Positions 40,290 to 53,237 of a stretch of 64,000 nucleotides of DNA are shown in pieces. Made by a program: the position numbers and the translations under genes. Origin of the DNA: Octopus sinensis (taxonomy: Eukaryota); contig NC_042998.1 of assembly GCF_006345805.1 (NCBI RefSeq), positions 106,516,001 through 106,580,000 on the forward strand. Direction: 5' to 3'. A model generated the notes under the pieces. It ran no database searches. It was not told the DNA's origin and worked only from the letters and a program-made list of their open reading frames with translations. The stretch's first letter is position 1; each line of letters begins with the position of its first letter.

Positions 40290-40508
40290 CCCTTTAGCTT
40301 TCAGATAACTCCGTCAAATGTAATGCCTGTTAATTCACAATGTTTTGAGTTACTCATGTATTATGTTGTAGCTGCAAGATTTCAATGAAGTGATTGTTTA
40401 TTTTTAGAATGACATTGTAGGGTAGGTGTGAGAGGATGGATCTGCCAGTTTTAACATTAAACAGGTAGAATATTCATGCCAAATATGGTCAATTCAAATT
40501 CTAATGGA
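40290..40508. mobile_element. piggyBac-like MITE
   Basis: TTAA-CCCTTTAGC...TTCTAATGGA-TTAA (TTAA duplication with CCC/GGG-type ends, decayed on the right). Confidence 0.65.
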
Positions 40509-41010
40509 TTAAACCTTGCAATGAAATAATTATGTTATTTTTTTCACTGTACTACACCATATTTTGCCACATTATTCTTCTGAGCTACATAATTACACTG
40601 TATTACACAAAATTCTCTACAGTATCTGACAACTATTATACTCTGTTTCAAGCTGTCCCTCTTTCAAGTTAATTAATTCATATTTTCACAGGACCAAATT
40701 CAGGAGTACACTCACCTAGTACTTAACTTTGTTCTATGTGTAATGTCAATGATACAAGAGACAAACATCCTACTTGCTCTTCATAGGATGCCTGATGATC
40801 ACAAATAACTATGCTACAAATGATACTTTTCCCAAAAACTAGTTGAACTGACATGTATAAAATAAAATGTTCTTTTCAGAGATACACTAAAATACTTCTT
40901 GAGATAGTGGCCCAGCAAGAAGTCCAATACTCTCTCTATCTGGTCATTTCACCTTTCATTGACTTCATAAGTCTATTTTTCAAAAGCAAAAGTGAAGCGG
41001 TTACATAATA

Positions 41011-41245
41011 ATAAGGCGGCGAGCTGGCAGAAACGTTAGCATGCCGGGCGAAATGCTTAGAGGTATTTCGTCTGCCGCTACGTTCTGAGTTCAAATTCCA
41101 CCGAGGTCAACTTTGCCTTTCATCCTTTCGGGGTCAATTAAATAAGTACCAGTTGTGCACTGGGGTCGATATAATCGACTTAATCCCTTTGTCTGTCCTT
41201 GTTTGTCCACTCTATGTTTAGCCCCTTGTGGGTAGTAAAGAAATA
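41011..41245 (+). mobile_element. SINE family B, young full-length copy with an L1/Tx1-like tail
   Basis: A/B boxes, central CTTTGCCTTTCATCCTTTCGGGGTC domain; perfect 12-bp target duplication GGTTACATAATA (40999-41010 and 41246-41257). Confidence 0.9.
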
Positions 41246-41540
41246 GGTTACATAATATCAAATATGGTTAATTATAATTAATAAGAACACTTTGTTATTT
41301 TGTAATTTTTCATGTATCAACAATCTCATAGAAAGAATTATTTGAATTTTCATGATCAGAAGAGACCAATAATAAAGGTTCTACCTTGTTGATTTAAAAG
41401 AGTATTCATGCCTTTCCCTTAAATATTGGCAAAACAAGAGAAACAAATACCTTTTGGAATCAAACCTGAATTACAAACTCATTCATAAAATATTTATTCT
41501 TTTCTTCATTACCTTTCATCCACTTTATTGCAAATCATCG

Positions 41541-41630
<90 letters not shown>

Positions 41631-41642
41631 TATTATTATTAT

Positions 41643-43079
41643 ATGTTTGACTTTTGCTTTACATTTCTACAAGTTGGCTCCAAGTCTCACCCAGAGACCT
41701 CAAGAGACAACAAGTTGGAAGTTCATGTTGGCGTTATGCCTAGGGTGTCATATATTTGGTTTTGTACTTATTGTTGTACTAGTGAATGTCTAAAAAAACC
41801 ATATGAAAATTATGTTTGTTTTAAAACTTGAGATTAAATAGAAAGTATTTTGCGTAGGAGATGAGCAGTTCCCATGAGCCCTATCTTTTGAATTTCTGCC
41901 ATTTTGGAGTTTCCTGGTATCTGAGTTAGGTAGCAATCAGCCCTTTTTGCTATCGTTCCCAGGGCACCTATGACAACAGGTATTGTTTTAGTCTTCAGGT
42001 TCCACATTTTGCTGATTTCTATTTCAAGATCTTTATACTTGCTCAGTTTTTGGTAAGTCTTGACAGATACGTTTATATCAATTAGGACAGTCATATCAAT
42101 GAAGAGGCATGTTTTTTGTCTGAAGTCTTTCAATATGATGTCTGGCCTATTCACATCTATCTTTCTGTCAGTTTGAATAGTGAAGTTCCAGAGGAGTGAG
42201 ATGTGATCATTTTCAAGCACTGGAGGTGGTTTGTGTTCCCACCAGTTTTTAACATGGGGCAAGTCCAGGCTTTTGCAAATTACCCAGTGAATATATTGTG
42301 CAGCTCTATCATGCCTGTTGAGATATTCTGTAGGCGCAAGAAGACTGCACTTGGAGACAACATGATCAATGGTTCCATTTTGTTATAGACATACACGACA
42401 TGTTGGGCTACTGCCATTCTTTAATATGTCGGCCTGGTCGTTCCTTGTAGGTAGGCATTGATCTTGAGCTGCTATGATAAACCCTTCTGTTTCAGATTTT
42501 AATCCAGTGGCCATTAGCCATTGATGGGTCAGGGCTTTGTCAGTATCTGTATTATTTGCTCTCTTTGGGTATTTGCCATAGAGAGGTTTTTCTTGCCATT
42601 TATCATTCAGAATATCTAAGGCCACAGTTTTAGCACAGGTTTTCATGTGCTTAGCTTTTTCTGTGCTTGTTTATTGTATGTCTATCTCTGATTCCGAAAT
42701 TTGTTGTATTCGGAATTCACTTAGATATTTCTTTGCCTGTTTTGTTACTGAGTATGATGCTTTCTTGTTTTCATGTTTTGAGACAAGTTTTAACATCCAG
42801 TCCTCAGAGTTTTTCAGGTAGGTGTCTAGGCCAATTGTAGCAATCTTCATTGTTATTGCCAGTTGTAAAAGCCCACGGCCTCCCTCTTTTCTTGGCAGAT
42901 AAAGTTGTTCTGTATCTGCCTTAGGGTGGTGCATTCTATGCATTGTCAACAGTTTTCGTATTTTTCTGTCAAGACTACATATTTCAGTAATTTACCAGTT
43001 AACAATATTGAGACTGAAAGTCACCACTGGTATGGCTAATGCATTGATTGCTTCGATCCTGTTTCTCGCATTCAGCTCT
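41643..43079 (-). mobile_element. Dong/R4-clade LINE in (TAA)n, 5'-truncated, with zinc knuckle and restriction-like endonuclease
   Basis: HPKADTEQLYLPRKEGGRGL, KPLYGKY, ETEGFIIAAQDQ, CRVC and RPDIIL..IDM..KYKDLEIE..IPVVIGALG; (ATT)n on both sides. Confidence 0.92.
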
Positions 43080-43104
43080 ATTATTATTATTATTATTATT
43101 ATTA

Positions 43105-43158
<54 letters not shown>

Positions 43159-43559
43159 TATTATTATTATCATTATTATTATTATTATTATATTTATTGT
43201 TATTATTATTCAGCATTTGATAGTTTCAGGCAAATTTCTACTGCATCACCAGCTACACTTCCACATTGCTGAAGTGTGTGCTGTATTTTTGTTGGTATTG
43301 GAGGAGTACAGAGTCTTTCCAGTATTTATTGCATCAGTTTATTTAATTATGGGGATTGAGTCTTTTGTTGTATTAGTATTTGTATTAAATATTGTGTGTG
43401 CAATGTGAATTATGTTCTTCTATTAGGTATCTGACCTGTAGAATACATGTTGTGAGAGTTGTTTATTTTATCAAGTATTTACAGTATAGAGTGTATCTTC
43501 TGTTTATGGATTGTCATATTCGAGTTTTGCTTTTGAATTCATAGATCTTAGTTAGGTCA

Positions 43560-43757
43560 TTTTTTGGATAGTGTGTAGTGATCCAGGTATAGCTTCTACA
43601 TTTTTGCTCATAGGTTTTTTATTTTATTTTTTTTAAATCCTACTCAATGTTCCAGTTATTACTGATATCGTTTTTGCCTTTATGCTCCACATCTTGAATA
43701 CTTCAATTTCAAGATCTTTGTACTTTAACAATTTCTTCATTTTTTGGAGGGGTAATA

Positions 43758-43760
<3 letters not shown>
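43560..43760 (-). mobile_element. Short Dong/R4 RLE fragment
   Basis: KYKDLEIEVFKMWSIKAKTISVITGTL. Confidence 0.75.
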
Positions 43761-43816
<56 letters not shown>

Positions 43817-43981
43817 TTCATTATCATCATCATCATCATCATCATCATCATTTCTCTTTATCACAGGTTTTGTTGAAGCTCCTGAAGTCTTGCATGTGTA
43901 GTGAGCTTGCTACCTGCAGGCTACAGTACCATGCTATCCATTCTTTCCATGCTGACAATTCTGCAAGCTTGCCACCTTGAT

Positions 43982-44042
<61 letters not shown>

Positions 44043-44057
44043 GTAATAATAATAATA

Positions 44058-44492
44058 GTATCTTATGGGATTTTATGATTCAGTGTGACCATGAGATAGA
44101 GAATAGGAAATTGAGAAAGAAAGCAAATGATGCTGAATCATAGATATAGCATGCCCAGCTGACAACAAGGTATGCAATAAGGAAGAAAGAAAAGTCAATA
44201 GGTATGACAGGTTAGCTTGGGAGGTTAAGCAGTTGTGGTCGATGAAAAAGGTGGTAGTAGTACCAATAGTTGTCAGAGCCCTGGGAACAGTGAGTAAAAA
44301 TCTTGAGAAGTACATGGAACAAATAGGAGCTGCAATAAGGGTGGAGCACTTGCAGAAAACAGCACTGCTTGGAACCACTTGAATACTTTGGATGGTGCTC
44401 GAAAAATAAGAGGTGTTACCATAATTCACTACTAGTGAACAGCTGACACCATAGTACATCTCCAGCGTTAGAAGCTGTGCAAAGGAAATAAT
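44058..44492 (+). mobile_element. Dong/R4-clade 3' end (second family) after (AAT)n
   Basis: ILWDFMIQCD..IDIACPAD..RYDRLAWEVKQLW..VVPIVVRALG..LQKTALLGT; ends in (TAA)n. Confidence 0.88.
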
Positions 44493-44499
44493 AATAAAA

Positions 44500-45002
44500 A
44501 TGATTTCAAATTTGGTGCAAGGCCAATAATTTCGGAGAAGGGCAAAAGTCATTTACATCAACCCCAGCACTTAACTGGTACACTTGTTCTATTGACCCCA
44601 AGTTGATGAAAGGTAAAGTCAACCTCAGCTATTATTATTCCATTGAGGTCGACTTTGCCTTTCATTCTTTCAGAGTTGATTAAATAAGTACCAGTTATGC
44701 ACTGGGGTCGATGTAATCGACTTAATCTTCTCTCCCAAGCTGCCCTTGTAGCAAAAATTTGAAATCATTATTATTATTACCATCATCAAGGCAGCAAGCT
44801 GGCAGAATTGTTAGCACACCAGGCAAAATGCTTAGTGGTATTTCATCTGCCACTACGTTCTGAGTTCAAATTCCAACAACGTCAACTTTGCCTTTCATCC
44901 TTTCAGGGTTGATTAAGTAAGCACCAGTTATGCACTGGGGTCGCTGTAACTGACTTAATCCCTTCCCCCAAATTTGAAGCCTTGTGCTTCTAATAGGAAG
45001 GA
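44500..45002. mobile_element. SINE B cluster (- at 44500-44630; + at 44640-44765 and 44788-45002)
   Basis: Repeated family B core, with ATT tails. Confidence 0.8.
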
Positions 45003-45005
45003 TTA

Positions 45006-45077
<72 letters not shown>

Positions 45078-45082
45078 TTATT

Positions 45083-46467
45083 ATGTTTGACTTTTACTTT
45101 GTATTTGTACAAGTTAGCTCCAAGTCTCACCCCAAGACCTCAAGAGACAACAAGTTCGAAGTTCATTTTGGTGTTATGCCTAGGATGTCATATATTTGGT
45201 TTTGCACATAGCATTGTTCTAGAGAATGTTTAAGAAAACATAAGAATATTATGAGTTTGTTTTAAAATTTGCAATTACATAGATAGTATTTTACATAGGA
45301 TATGGGCAGTTCCTATGAGCACTATCTTTTGAATTTCTATCCTTTTGGGGTTTCCTGGTATCTGAGCTAGGTAGCAATCAGCTCCTTTTGCTATCATTCC
45401 TAGGGAATCTTTGACAACAGGTATTGTTTTAGTTCTAAGGTTCCACATTTTGCCAATTTCTATTTCAAGATCTTTATACTTGTTCAGTTTTTGGTAGGTC
45501 TTGACAGATACGTTTATATCGACTGGGACAGTCATATCAATGAGGTGGCAGGGTTATTGTTTGAAGTCTTTCAATATAACATCCAGTCCTCAAAAGTTTT
45601 TCAGGTAGGTGCCTAGGCCAATTGTGGCAATCTTCATTGTTAATTCCAGTTGTAAAAGTCCATAGCCACCCTCTTTTCTTGGCAGGTAAAGTCGTTCTAT
45701 ATCTGCCTTAGGGTGATTCATTCTATGCATTGTCAACAGTTTTCGTATTTTTCTTGTCAAGGTTACATATTTCAGTAATTGATATTGATATTCAGTTAAC
45801 GGTATTGAAACTGTAAGTCACAACTGGTATGGCTAACGTATCGATCGCTTTGATCCTGTTTCTTGTATTCAGCTCTGTCTTGAGTATTGCCCTTACCCTG
45901 CTATAACATTCTCTTCTGATCCTTTCCCTCATCACTGAATCTTTAATTCCATCACCTACAAATTTGTAGCTCTGCTGGTTCTAACTCCTTTATGATATTC
46001 TGCAGGTCAAGATTAACATTGGATGTTTCTGTCATTTTTCCTTTGATAAAGGTAGCTTTTGCACATTTATTATCAAGTCTAAATTGCATCCTGATGTCAT
46101 CACTGAATTGTTTAACAATCGCTAGTAAGCCCTGTAGTTGTTGGTCATTTTTTGCGAAGAGCTTTATATCATCTATGTAAATGAGATGATTTATCTTTTT
46201 ATCAAACATTTTACAGCCATATTGTATGTCATCGAGCAATTTCGAGTGAGGTATTAAGGTTAGACAAAGAGGAGTGGTGACAGAGAGTCATCCTGGAAAA
46301 TGCCACATGAAATTCTTACACCTCCAGCATTAAGAGATTCATTGTCACTGTTGAAAGTCAGTGTAGTTCTCCATGATTTCATACTTACAGGCAAGAAGTT
46401 TCGCAGGCAAGAAGTTTCGCAGAGTAGGTGCTATTTTATACATTTCCAGACATTTCTTAATCCATGT
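45083..46467 (-). mobile_element. Dong/R4-clade LINE (same family as 41643-43079) with RT core and an internal deletion
   Basis: GIFQDDSLSPLL, INHLIYIDDIKL and KYKDLEIE; 3' UTR nearly identical to 41643-41830. Confidence 0.9.
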
Positions 46468-46469
46468 TA

Positions 46470-46510
<41 letters not shown>

Positions 46511-46711
46511 ATCAAGGTAACAAGCTGGCAGAATTGTTAGGGCAAACTGCTTAATGGTATTTCATCTGTCTTTACATTCAGTTTAAATTCTGCCAAGGCC
46601 AACTTTGCTTCTCATCCTTTAGGGGTCAATAAAACACAATGAACACAGGGTCGATGTAGCCAACTTAACCCTGGCCAAAAAAAACTTTACCCTTGTAGCA
46701 ATATTTGAGAC

Positions 46712-46747
<36 letters not shown>

Positions 46748-46779
46748 CATTATTATTATTATTATTATTCCCATTTTCT

Positions 46780-46940
46780 TTCATGCACAGATAAATTTTT
46801 CGAAGACACTATATCAGTGGATAGACTAAAAAAGGCTTTCATAGAGAAAACTGTCCCTGTTCCCACTGCAGATCATTACAAACATGGCCCGCACACCCAC
46901 CTTCACATTCCATGGCTACCATTGGGATCGATCAGGTATC
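46780..46940 (+). mobile_element. Possible Gypsy integrase C-terminal remnant
   Basis: DKFFEDTISVDRLKKAF resembles the DTVSIDRLKPAF motif that ends Gypsy integrases. Confidence 0.45.
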
Positions 46941-47519
46941 AAGCAAGGATTCTAGATTATTTTTCTGTTTTTTTATACTTAATTTTTGAGAGTAGTCAGG
47001 TTCATTTTTAGTATTCTTGTTTGTGAGATCAGTTCAGTTTATTTCAGATATTCTCATTTTAAAAATCATCGACTAATCATTGAGAAGATATTAGTGTTGC
47101 CTTGGCAGAGGTTTGTGCTCTGAGTGCACTTGTTTATTTTCTTTTTAAACTAGACAGTAAATTACAATTTTAATTCATCACATCATCATTTCAATGTCCA
47201 CTATTTCCATGCTTGCAGGGAATGGAAGGAATTTTTTTGGGGTGGATTTTTTAACACTAGTTGCACTTCCTCACTTGTTTCTATGTTAGGTGATGTATTT
47301 CCATGACCAGACATGTTTTTTTTGAAGATTGGAAATGAAGGACACTGCTTGCATGACAGTAACATTTATTTAAACTATCATTTGATGTCCAAGCAAGGAG
47401 ACAGGAACACGCACGTACACACCCCCATTCCTGCATATATATATACTCATGCTGTATGTATATACATGTGTATGTATATATGTATGTATAATTATATGTA
47501 TGTACGTGTGTGTATATAT

Positions 47520-47725
47520 GTGCTGGTGCCATGTAGCAGCATCTGTGCTGGTGCCACGTAAAAACACCCAGTACACTCTGTAAAGTGGTTGGCATTAGGA
47601 AGGGTATCCAGCTGTAGAAGCCACGCCAAAACAGACAGTTGGAACTTGGGCAGCTCTCTGACTGACCGGCTCCTGTCAAACCATCCAATCCATGCCAGCA
47701 TGGAAAATAAATGTTAAATGATGCT
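47520..47725 (+). mobile_element. RTE 3' UTR fragment
   Basis: CACGTAAAAACACCCA..GGCATTAGGAAGGG..CCATGCCAGCATGG. Confidence 0.7.
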
Positions 47726-47762
47726 GCTGACACACACACGATGAACATCTTTTACCTTTCAT

Positions 47763-48238
47763 TCTATATTTAAGAGATGAGGAATTATGTGCATTATTTA
47801 CATTTGACTGATATTTGTCCTCATCTTGTTTGTTGTTAACACAACATTTCGGCTGATATACCCTCCAGCCTTCATCGGGTGTCTTGGAGAAGTTTCGGAC
47901 TTGGGTTCTCATTCCTAAGGTGTTTTTCGATATTATTATTATTATTATTCAGGTCACTGCTTGGAATCCCCTGTGGATGCAGTTAAAATAATAGACAGAG
48001 AACACCACTGGAAAATATGAAAACTAAAAGAAGCAGCACATATGCTAGGACACAACAAACTCCTAAGCAGATCGAGTAACATATGGGAACCGGTATTAAG
48101 GAAGGATAGGAAATTATTAGATTTATAAGCCCTAAAGTTCACTCCCATAATTGTCCATGGGCATATGGTGTAGTGGTTAAGAGTGCGGCTACTAACCCTA
48201 AGATTCTGAGTTTGATTCCAAGCAGTGACCTAATAATA
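47763..48238 (+). mobile_element. 5'-truncated Penelope-like element: inverted terminal segment, GIY-YIG C-terminus and a 3' repeat with a tRNA-like sequence
   Basis: 47976-48128 reads DAVKIIDREHHWKI*KLKEAAHM..SNIWEPVLRK..*; 47940-47968 is the reverse complement of 48214-48238. Confidence 0.8.
47836..47885 (-). ncRNA. Minimal hammerhead ribozyme-like motif (decayed)
   Basis: Minus strand GACAC-CCGAUGA-A-GGCUG-loop-CAGCC-GAAAU-GUU-GUGUU; two substitutions relative to CUGAUGA and GAAAC. Confidence 0.65.
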
Positions 48239-48839
48239 AAATACTCCAATGCGACCGTACGACAGGCACCCATGCCAACCCCCCTTTGCTTGTGAAGACA
48301 TGTTGGGGCAAGCGAAATCGAAATCGAATTGAACCAGCCAGGATCCCTGGTCTGGTGGTACGTAAAAAGCACTATCCGACTCGCGGCAGTGGCACGTAAA
48401 ATACTCCAATGCGACCGTACGACAGGCACCCATGCCAACCCCCTTTGCTTGTGAAGACATGTTGGGGCAAGCGAAATCGAAATCGAATTGAACCAGCCAG
48501 GATCCCTGGTCTGGTGGTACGTAAAAAGCACTATCCGACTCGTGGCCGATGCCAGCACCGCCACGACTGGCTTCCGTGCCGGTGGCACATAAAATACACC
48601 AATCTGACCGTGGCCGTTGCCAGCCCCGCCTGGCACCTGTGCAGGTGGCACGTAAAAAGCACCCACTACACTCATGGAGTGGTTGGCGTTAGGAAGGGCA
48701 TCCAGCTGTAGAAACATTGCCAGATTAGACTGGAGCCTGGTGCAGCCTTCTGGCTTCCCAGAACCCTGGTCGAACCGTCCAACCCATGCTAGCATGGAGA
48801 ACGGACGTTAAACGATGATGATGATGATGATGATGATGA

Positions 48840-48840
<1 letters not shown>
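48239..48840 (+). mobile_element. RTE 3' UTR (CpG-rich, young) with a 160-bp tandem duplication
   Basis: ATACTCCAATGCGACC at 48241 and 48401; ends GGACGTTAAACG(ATG)n. Confidence 0.85.
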
Positions 48841-48870
<30 letters not shown>

Positions 48871-49103
48871 TATTATTATTATTATTATTGGCGAGTTGGC
48901 AGAATAGTTAGTGCACCGGACGAAATGCTTAGTGGTATTTCACCTGTTCTGAGCTCAAATTCCACCGAGATCAACAGTGCCTTTTATATTTTGGGAGTTG
49001 ATAAAATAAGTACCAGTTGAACACTGGGGTTAGTGTAACTGCTTCATCCCCTCCACCAAAACTGCTGCCTTGTGGCCAAACTGCATCCTGATGTCATCAC
49101 TGA

Positions 49104-50110
49104 ATTATTACTTAGGTTACTTAGATAAGTTTTGGCCAAAGTTGGTCCAGGCCATGTCTAATTTAATAGTACCACCTGGACAAGATACACAGTCAGCTTT
49201 TGGGCATCATAGCCCATTCAAACAGAGAGTTATTGTTTTCAGGGACATATCCAGGTGTGGATGGTTTGTCTGGTATTTGTTTGAGATAATCATCTAGGGA
49301 CCGTTTGAATGCCATGAAATCACTTTCCTCCATTGTGTGGGTTGGCACAATGTTGAAGAGAGCAGGGCCAGTTGTGGTGAAATAGTTCTGTCATAGTGTT
49401 GTGATACAACATGAACATGATTTCTGTAGTGGATGGATGGCACAGGGGCCAAGCCTCAGATGAATTTCAAAGATGATACCTGTATCATTTGGGCAATCAT
49501 CATCATCATCATCATTGTTTAGCGTCCGTTTTCCATGCTAGCATGGGTTGGACGGTTCTACTGGGGTCTGTGAAGCCAGAAGGCTTCATCAGGCCCAGTC
49601 AAATCTGGCAGTGTTTCTACAGCTGGATGCCCTTCCTAACGCCAACCACTCCGTGAGTGTAGTGAGTGCTTTTTACGTGCCACCCACACAGGTGCCAGAC
49701 AGAGCTGGCAAACGGCCACGAACGGATGGTGCTTTTTATGTGCCACCGGCACGAGGGCCAGATGAGGCTGGCAATGTTGATGGAATATTTTCCACATCAT
49801 ACAGATGATATAGTGCTCACGGCAGCATGGAAGGGAGTAAAGCCTGAGCTTTTTGAGTCAATCTCAATAGTCAAGGCTTATGATGTCATCCATTTTAATT
49901 TTGTAATTGATCTCTGGGGCGCTTCAATTTTTATAATATTCTGTATCATGTGGGGGAACCACAGTGGATAACAGTATTCAAGGTGAGGGCAAGCAAAAGT
50001 AGGGAAAAGTAGAATAATGTTAGGGGCATCTCTAGACTGGAAAGTCCTGAGTATCCAGGAGCACACTCTGTGAGCCATGTCCACTTTGTTACTTATGTAA
50101 GCACACCAAC
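49104..50110 (-). mobile_element. CR1-clade LINE 3' fragment interrupted by an RTE 3' UTR copy (49498-49769)
   Basis: WILRTFQSRD..PHLEYCYPLWFP..KIEAPQRSITK; GPALFNIVP; GGCAAT on both sides of the insert. Confidence 0.85.
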
Positions 50111-50130
50111 GTATTTATTATTATTATTAT

Positions 50131-50663
50131 GAGTGAGAGAGTAGTGCATGCCATCAAAGTGACACTGGAGTAAAATTTACAAAGCCCAGTATATACCATC
50201 ATTACTACCTATCTGATAAGGGTACACCAGGCACATGCATCACAACCATATGTGCGCAACATGGTGATCTCATATCAAGATAAACAGCACATGACCTTGC
50301 AGGTGGAGCCCAGTTAAAATTTTCTCAAAAGATCCCTGAATAAGGGTTGTTTAAGGATGTTGAATGAAACACCCATGTTTCCAAGGGTGAATTATCTTAA
50401 CTCCAAAGAATTCTTCTCAACACATGGCTATGATGCCCCCCCACCACAACTTCTGCTTGTGATCAGAGATGCACATATTGTCAGCCACTAAGGGACATGC
50501 TCAACTGGTTAAGATCAAACAACTGACAAGCAAATCTGTGGTATTGAGCAGAATATTTGCTGTAGCCCACCTTTTATACCCAAGACATAACAATGTACAT
50601 AACACTTCCAATCAGTTAAGATCAGAAACCATGAGAACCACTGTCTGGTACTGCATCAGGGTA
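50131..50663 (-). mobile_element. ~550-bp non-coding retroposon in (ATT)n (family D), copy 1
   Basis: Same ends and sequence as 58305-58860 and 60123-60678. Confidence 0.8.
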
Positions 50664-51579
50664 TTTATTATTATTATTATTGTTGTTGTTGTTGTTATAT
50701 ATATTATTGTTGTTATTGTTGTTGTTAAATGGTTATTTTTATAATTGCACAGCTTGTTTTTATCAGTGATTTTATTACTTTTACTTGTATGATTCTCCTT
50801 CTCCCTCTCAACTTATGTGTAACTACCTAACTTAACTACTAACACTTTCTAAGACAACACCAGTTGTCTCCACATTTCTCTAGTTAGTGTCAGCTGTAAA
50901 ATGCCATTATTCAACTTATTCTAATCAGACAGACAGTCAGTTGTCTTTCTCTCCTATATTATTCCTCCTAAATCTTCAGCTAATATCTTTCCCATATGGC
51001 AAGTGGTATTCTCTACCTCAAGGCTCAACATCATTATCGTCATCAGTATCTTCTTCTTCTTCTTCTTCTTCTTCTTCTTCTTCTTCTTCTTCTTCTTCTT
51101 CTTTTTCTCCTCCTCCTCCTTCTTACCCTCCACTTCCTCCACCTCTCCTCCTCCTTCTTTTACTCCTCTTGTTCTCTCCTCCTTTCCTCCACTCAAAAAC
51201 AATTCCACCATAGAGTGTTTTTATTTACTTCCATCCAGTTAAAAGAACAGCTTTCATCTAGAGTACATTTTATTTCTTTTACTTAGGAAACATTTCTGTT
51301 GGCAACTCCTATACATATATAAATAATTGTCAGCAAATTTAAAATATATCCACATTTTTACACACAGAAAATCTAACACACACTCATACACACAACACAT
51401 AGTGTTGTTGTGTATGACACAAATCTTCAAATGAGATTCAAGACTATTTGATGTACAGAAAAGAGTCTATGTTTTTATGTATTATCTTTTAGCTGAAGGC
51501 CCCCACCGTGGTTTTAATAATTCAACAAACAAAGTTTCCACTTCCCTAAGAACTTAGTGTCTACATAAGATGCCTATCA

Positions 51580-52065
51580 TCATCATCATCATCATCATCA
51601 TCACCACCACCTTCATCGTCATCGTCATCATCATCATTCCTCCTCCTCCTCATCACCATCGTTTAAAGTCCGCTTTCCATGCTAGCATGGGTTGGATGAT
51701 TTGACTGAGAACTGGCGAACCAGATGGCTGCACCAGGCTCCATTCTGATCTGGCAGAGTTTCTACATCTGGATGCCCTTCCTAATGCCAACCACTCTGAG
51801 AGTGTAGTGGGTGCTTTTACGTGCCACCGGCACGAGGGCCAACCAGGTGGTACTACCAACAGCCATACTCAAATGGTGTTTTTTATGTGCCACCTGCACA
51901 GGAGCCCATCTAACGGCACTGGCAACAACCTCGCTCAAATGTTTTTTCACATGCCACCGGCACAAGTGCCAGTAAGGCGGCACTGGTAACAGTCACACTC
52001 GAATGGTGCTTTTTAGGTGCCACCGGCACGGAAGCCAGTTAGCTGCTCTGGCAATGACCATGCTG
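51580..52065 (-). mobile_element. RTE 3' UTR fragment with hairpin units
   Basis: Reverse complement of 1-414. Confidence 0.85.
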
Positions 52066-52087
52066 TCATTATTAATTACATGTGATT

Positions 52088-53180
52088 AGGTGGCGAGATG
52101 GCAGAATCATTAGCACACTGGATGAAATATTTAGCAGTATTTTGCCCGTCGCTACATTCTGAGTTCAAATTCCACCAAGTTCAACTTTGTCTTTCATTCT
52201 TTCAGGGTCAATAAATTAAGTGGTAGCAAAACACTGGGGTCAAGTAATCGACTGGTCCCCTCTCCCAAAATTTCAGGCCTTGTGCCTAGAGTAGAAAGGA
52301 TTATTAATTACATGTAAAGGTGGTGAGCTGGCAGAATCATTAGCATGCTGGACACAATGCTTAGTGGCATTTGGTCCATCTTTGCTTTCAGAGTTCAAAT
52401 TCCATCAAGTCAACTTTGCTTTTCATCCTATCAGGGTCAATGAAATAAGTACAAGTCAAGTAATGGGTCGATGTAATTGACTAGCTCACTCCAACAAAAT
52501 TTCAGGCCTTGTGCTTGTAACAGAAAGTGTTATTAATTACCAGCTGGCTCCATGCCATCAAAAATGATGACTAATTGGAGTATTTTATATATAAATATGG
52601 ATGGTAAATCAAATTAATACACTTGTCAATGTTATCTAGTGGTTGTCTTTTGAGATGTGACATCGATCATCATTTGTTACTGAAAGAACACTGGTTCACA
52701 CATATATTCACATACTTCCCTTGTATGCACACACACACACCTTGAACATACACACACAATTGAAACAGTATTTGATTTTTTTTTCACCGTAGAATTTCCA
52801 TCATCCCACTACCGGGTTTGCCATCACCCCTTCTTTTCTCATTCATATGTTGTGACAGAGAAAAACATAAGTGTATTATTATAGTAGATACGGTGAGCTG
52901 GCAGAATTCTGAGCAAAGTGGATAAAATGCTTAACAATATTTCTTCATGCTCTTTACATTCTAGGTCCAAATTCCACCAAATTCCACCATGTTCAACTAT
53001 GCTTTTCCCCCTTTTGGAATCAATAAAATAGGTACCTGTTGAATTCTGGGGTTGGTATATTTGGTTTACCCACTCCCTTAAAATTGCTGACATAGTGACA
53101 AAAATTTGGTCAACTTTGCCTTTCATCCTTTTTACTTACCCCTCCACCAAAGTTGCTGGCTTTGTGCCAAAATTTGAAAC
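52088..53180 (+). mobile_element. SINE B copies (52088-52300, 52317-52530 and 52890-53180)
   Basis: Family B head, core and tail; further + copies at 27315, 46516, 48889, 53806, 57342, 58052, 59300, 59504, 60762 and 60995. Confidence 0.8.
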
Positions 53181-53237
53181 CATTATTATTATTGTTGTTG
53201 CTGTTGTCATTATTATTATTATTATTATTATTATTTT

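Noticed and set aside
48009-48030. In-frame TGA in the Penelope-like ORF as selenocysteine
   Set aside because: It sits where Arg is expected in the R-K-x-K-E-A motif, so CGA>TGA CpG decay is simpler; no SECIS is evident
48159-48231. Functional tRNA gene
   Set aside because: The acceptor and anticodon stems are mispaired, there is no T-run terminator, and it is embedded in a retroelement; SINE heads elsewhere are likewise not tRNA genes
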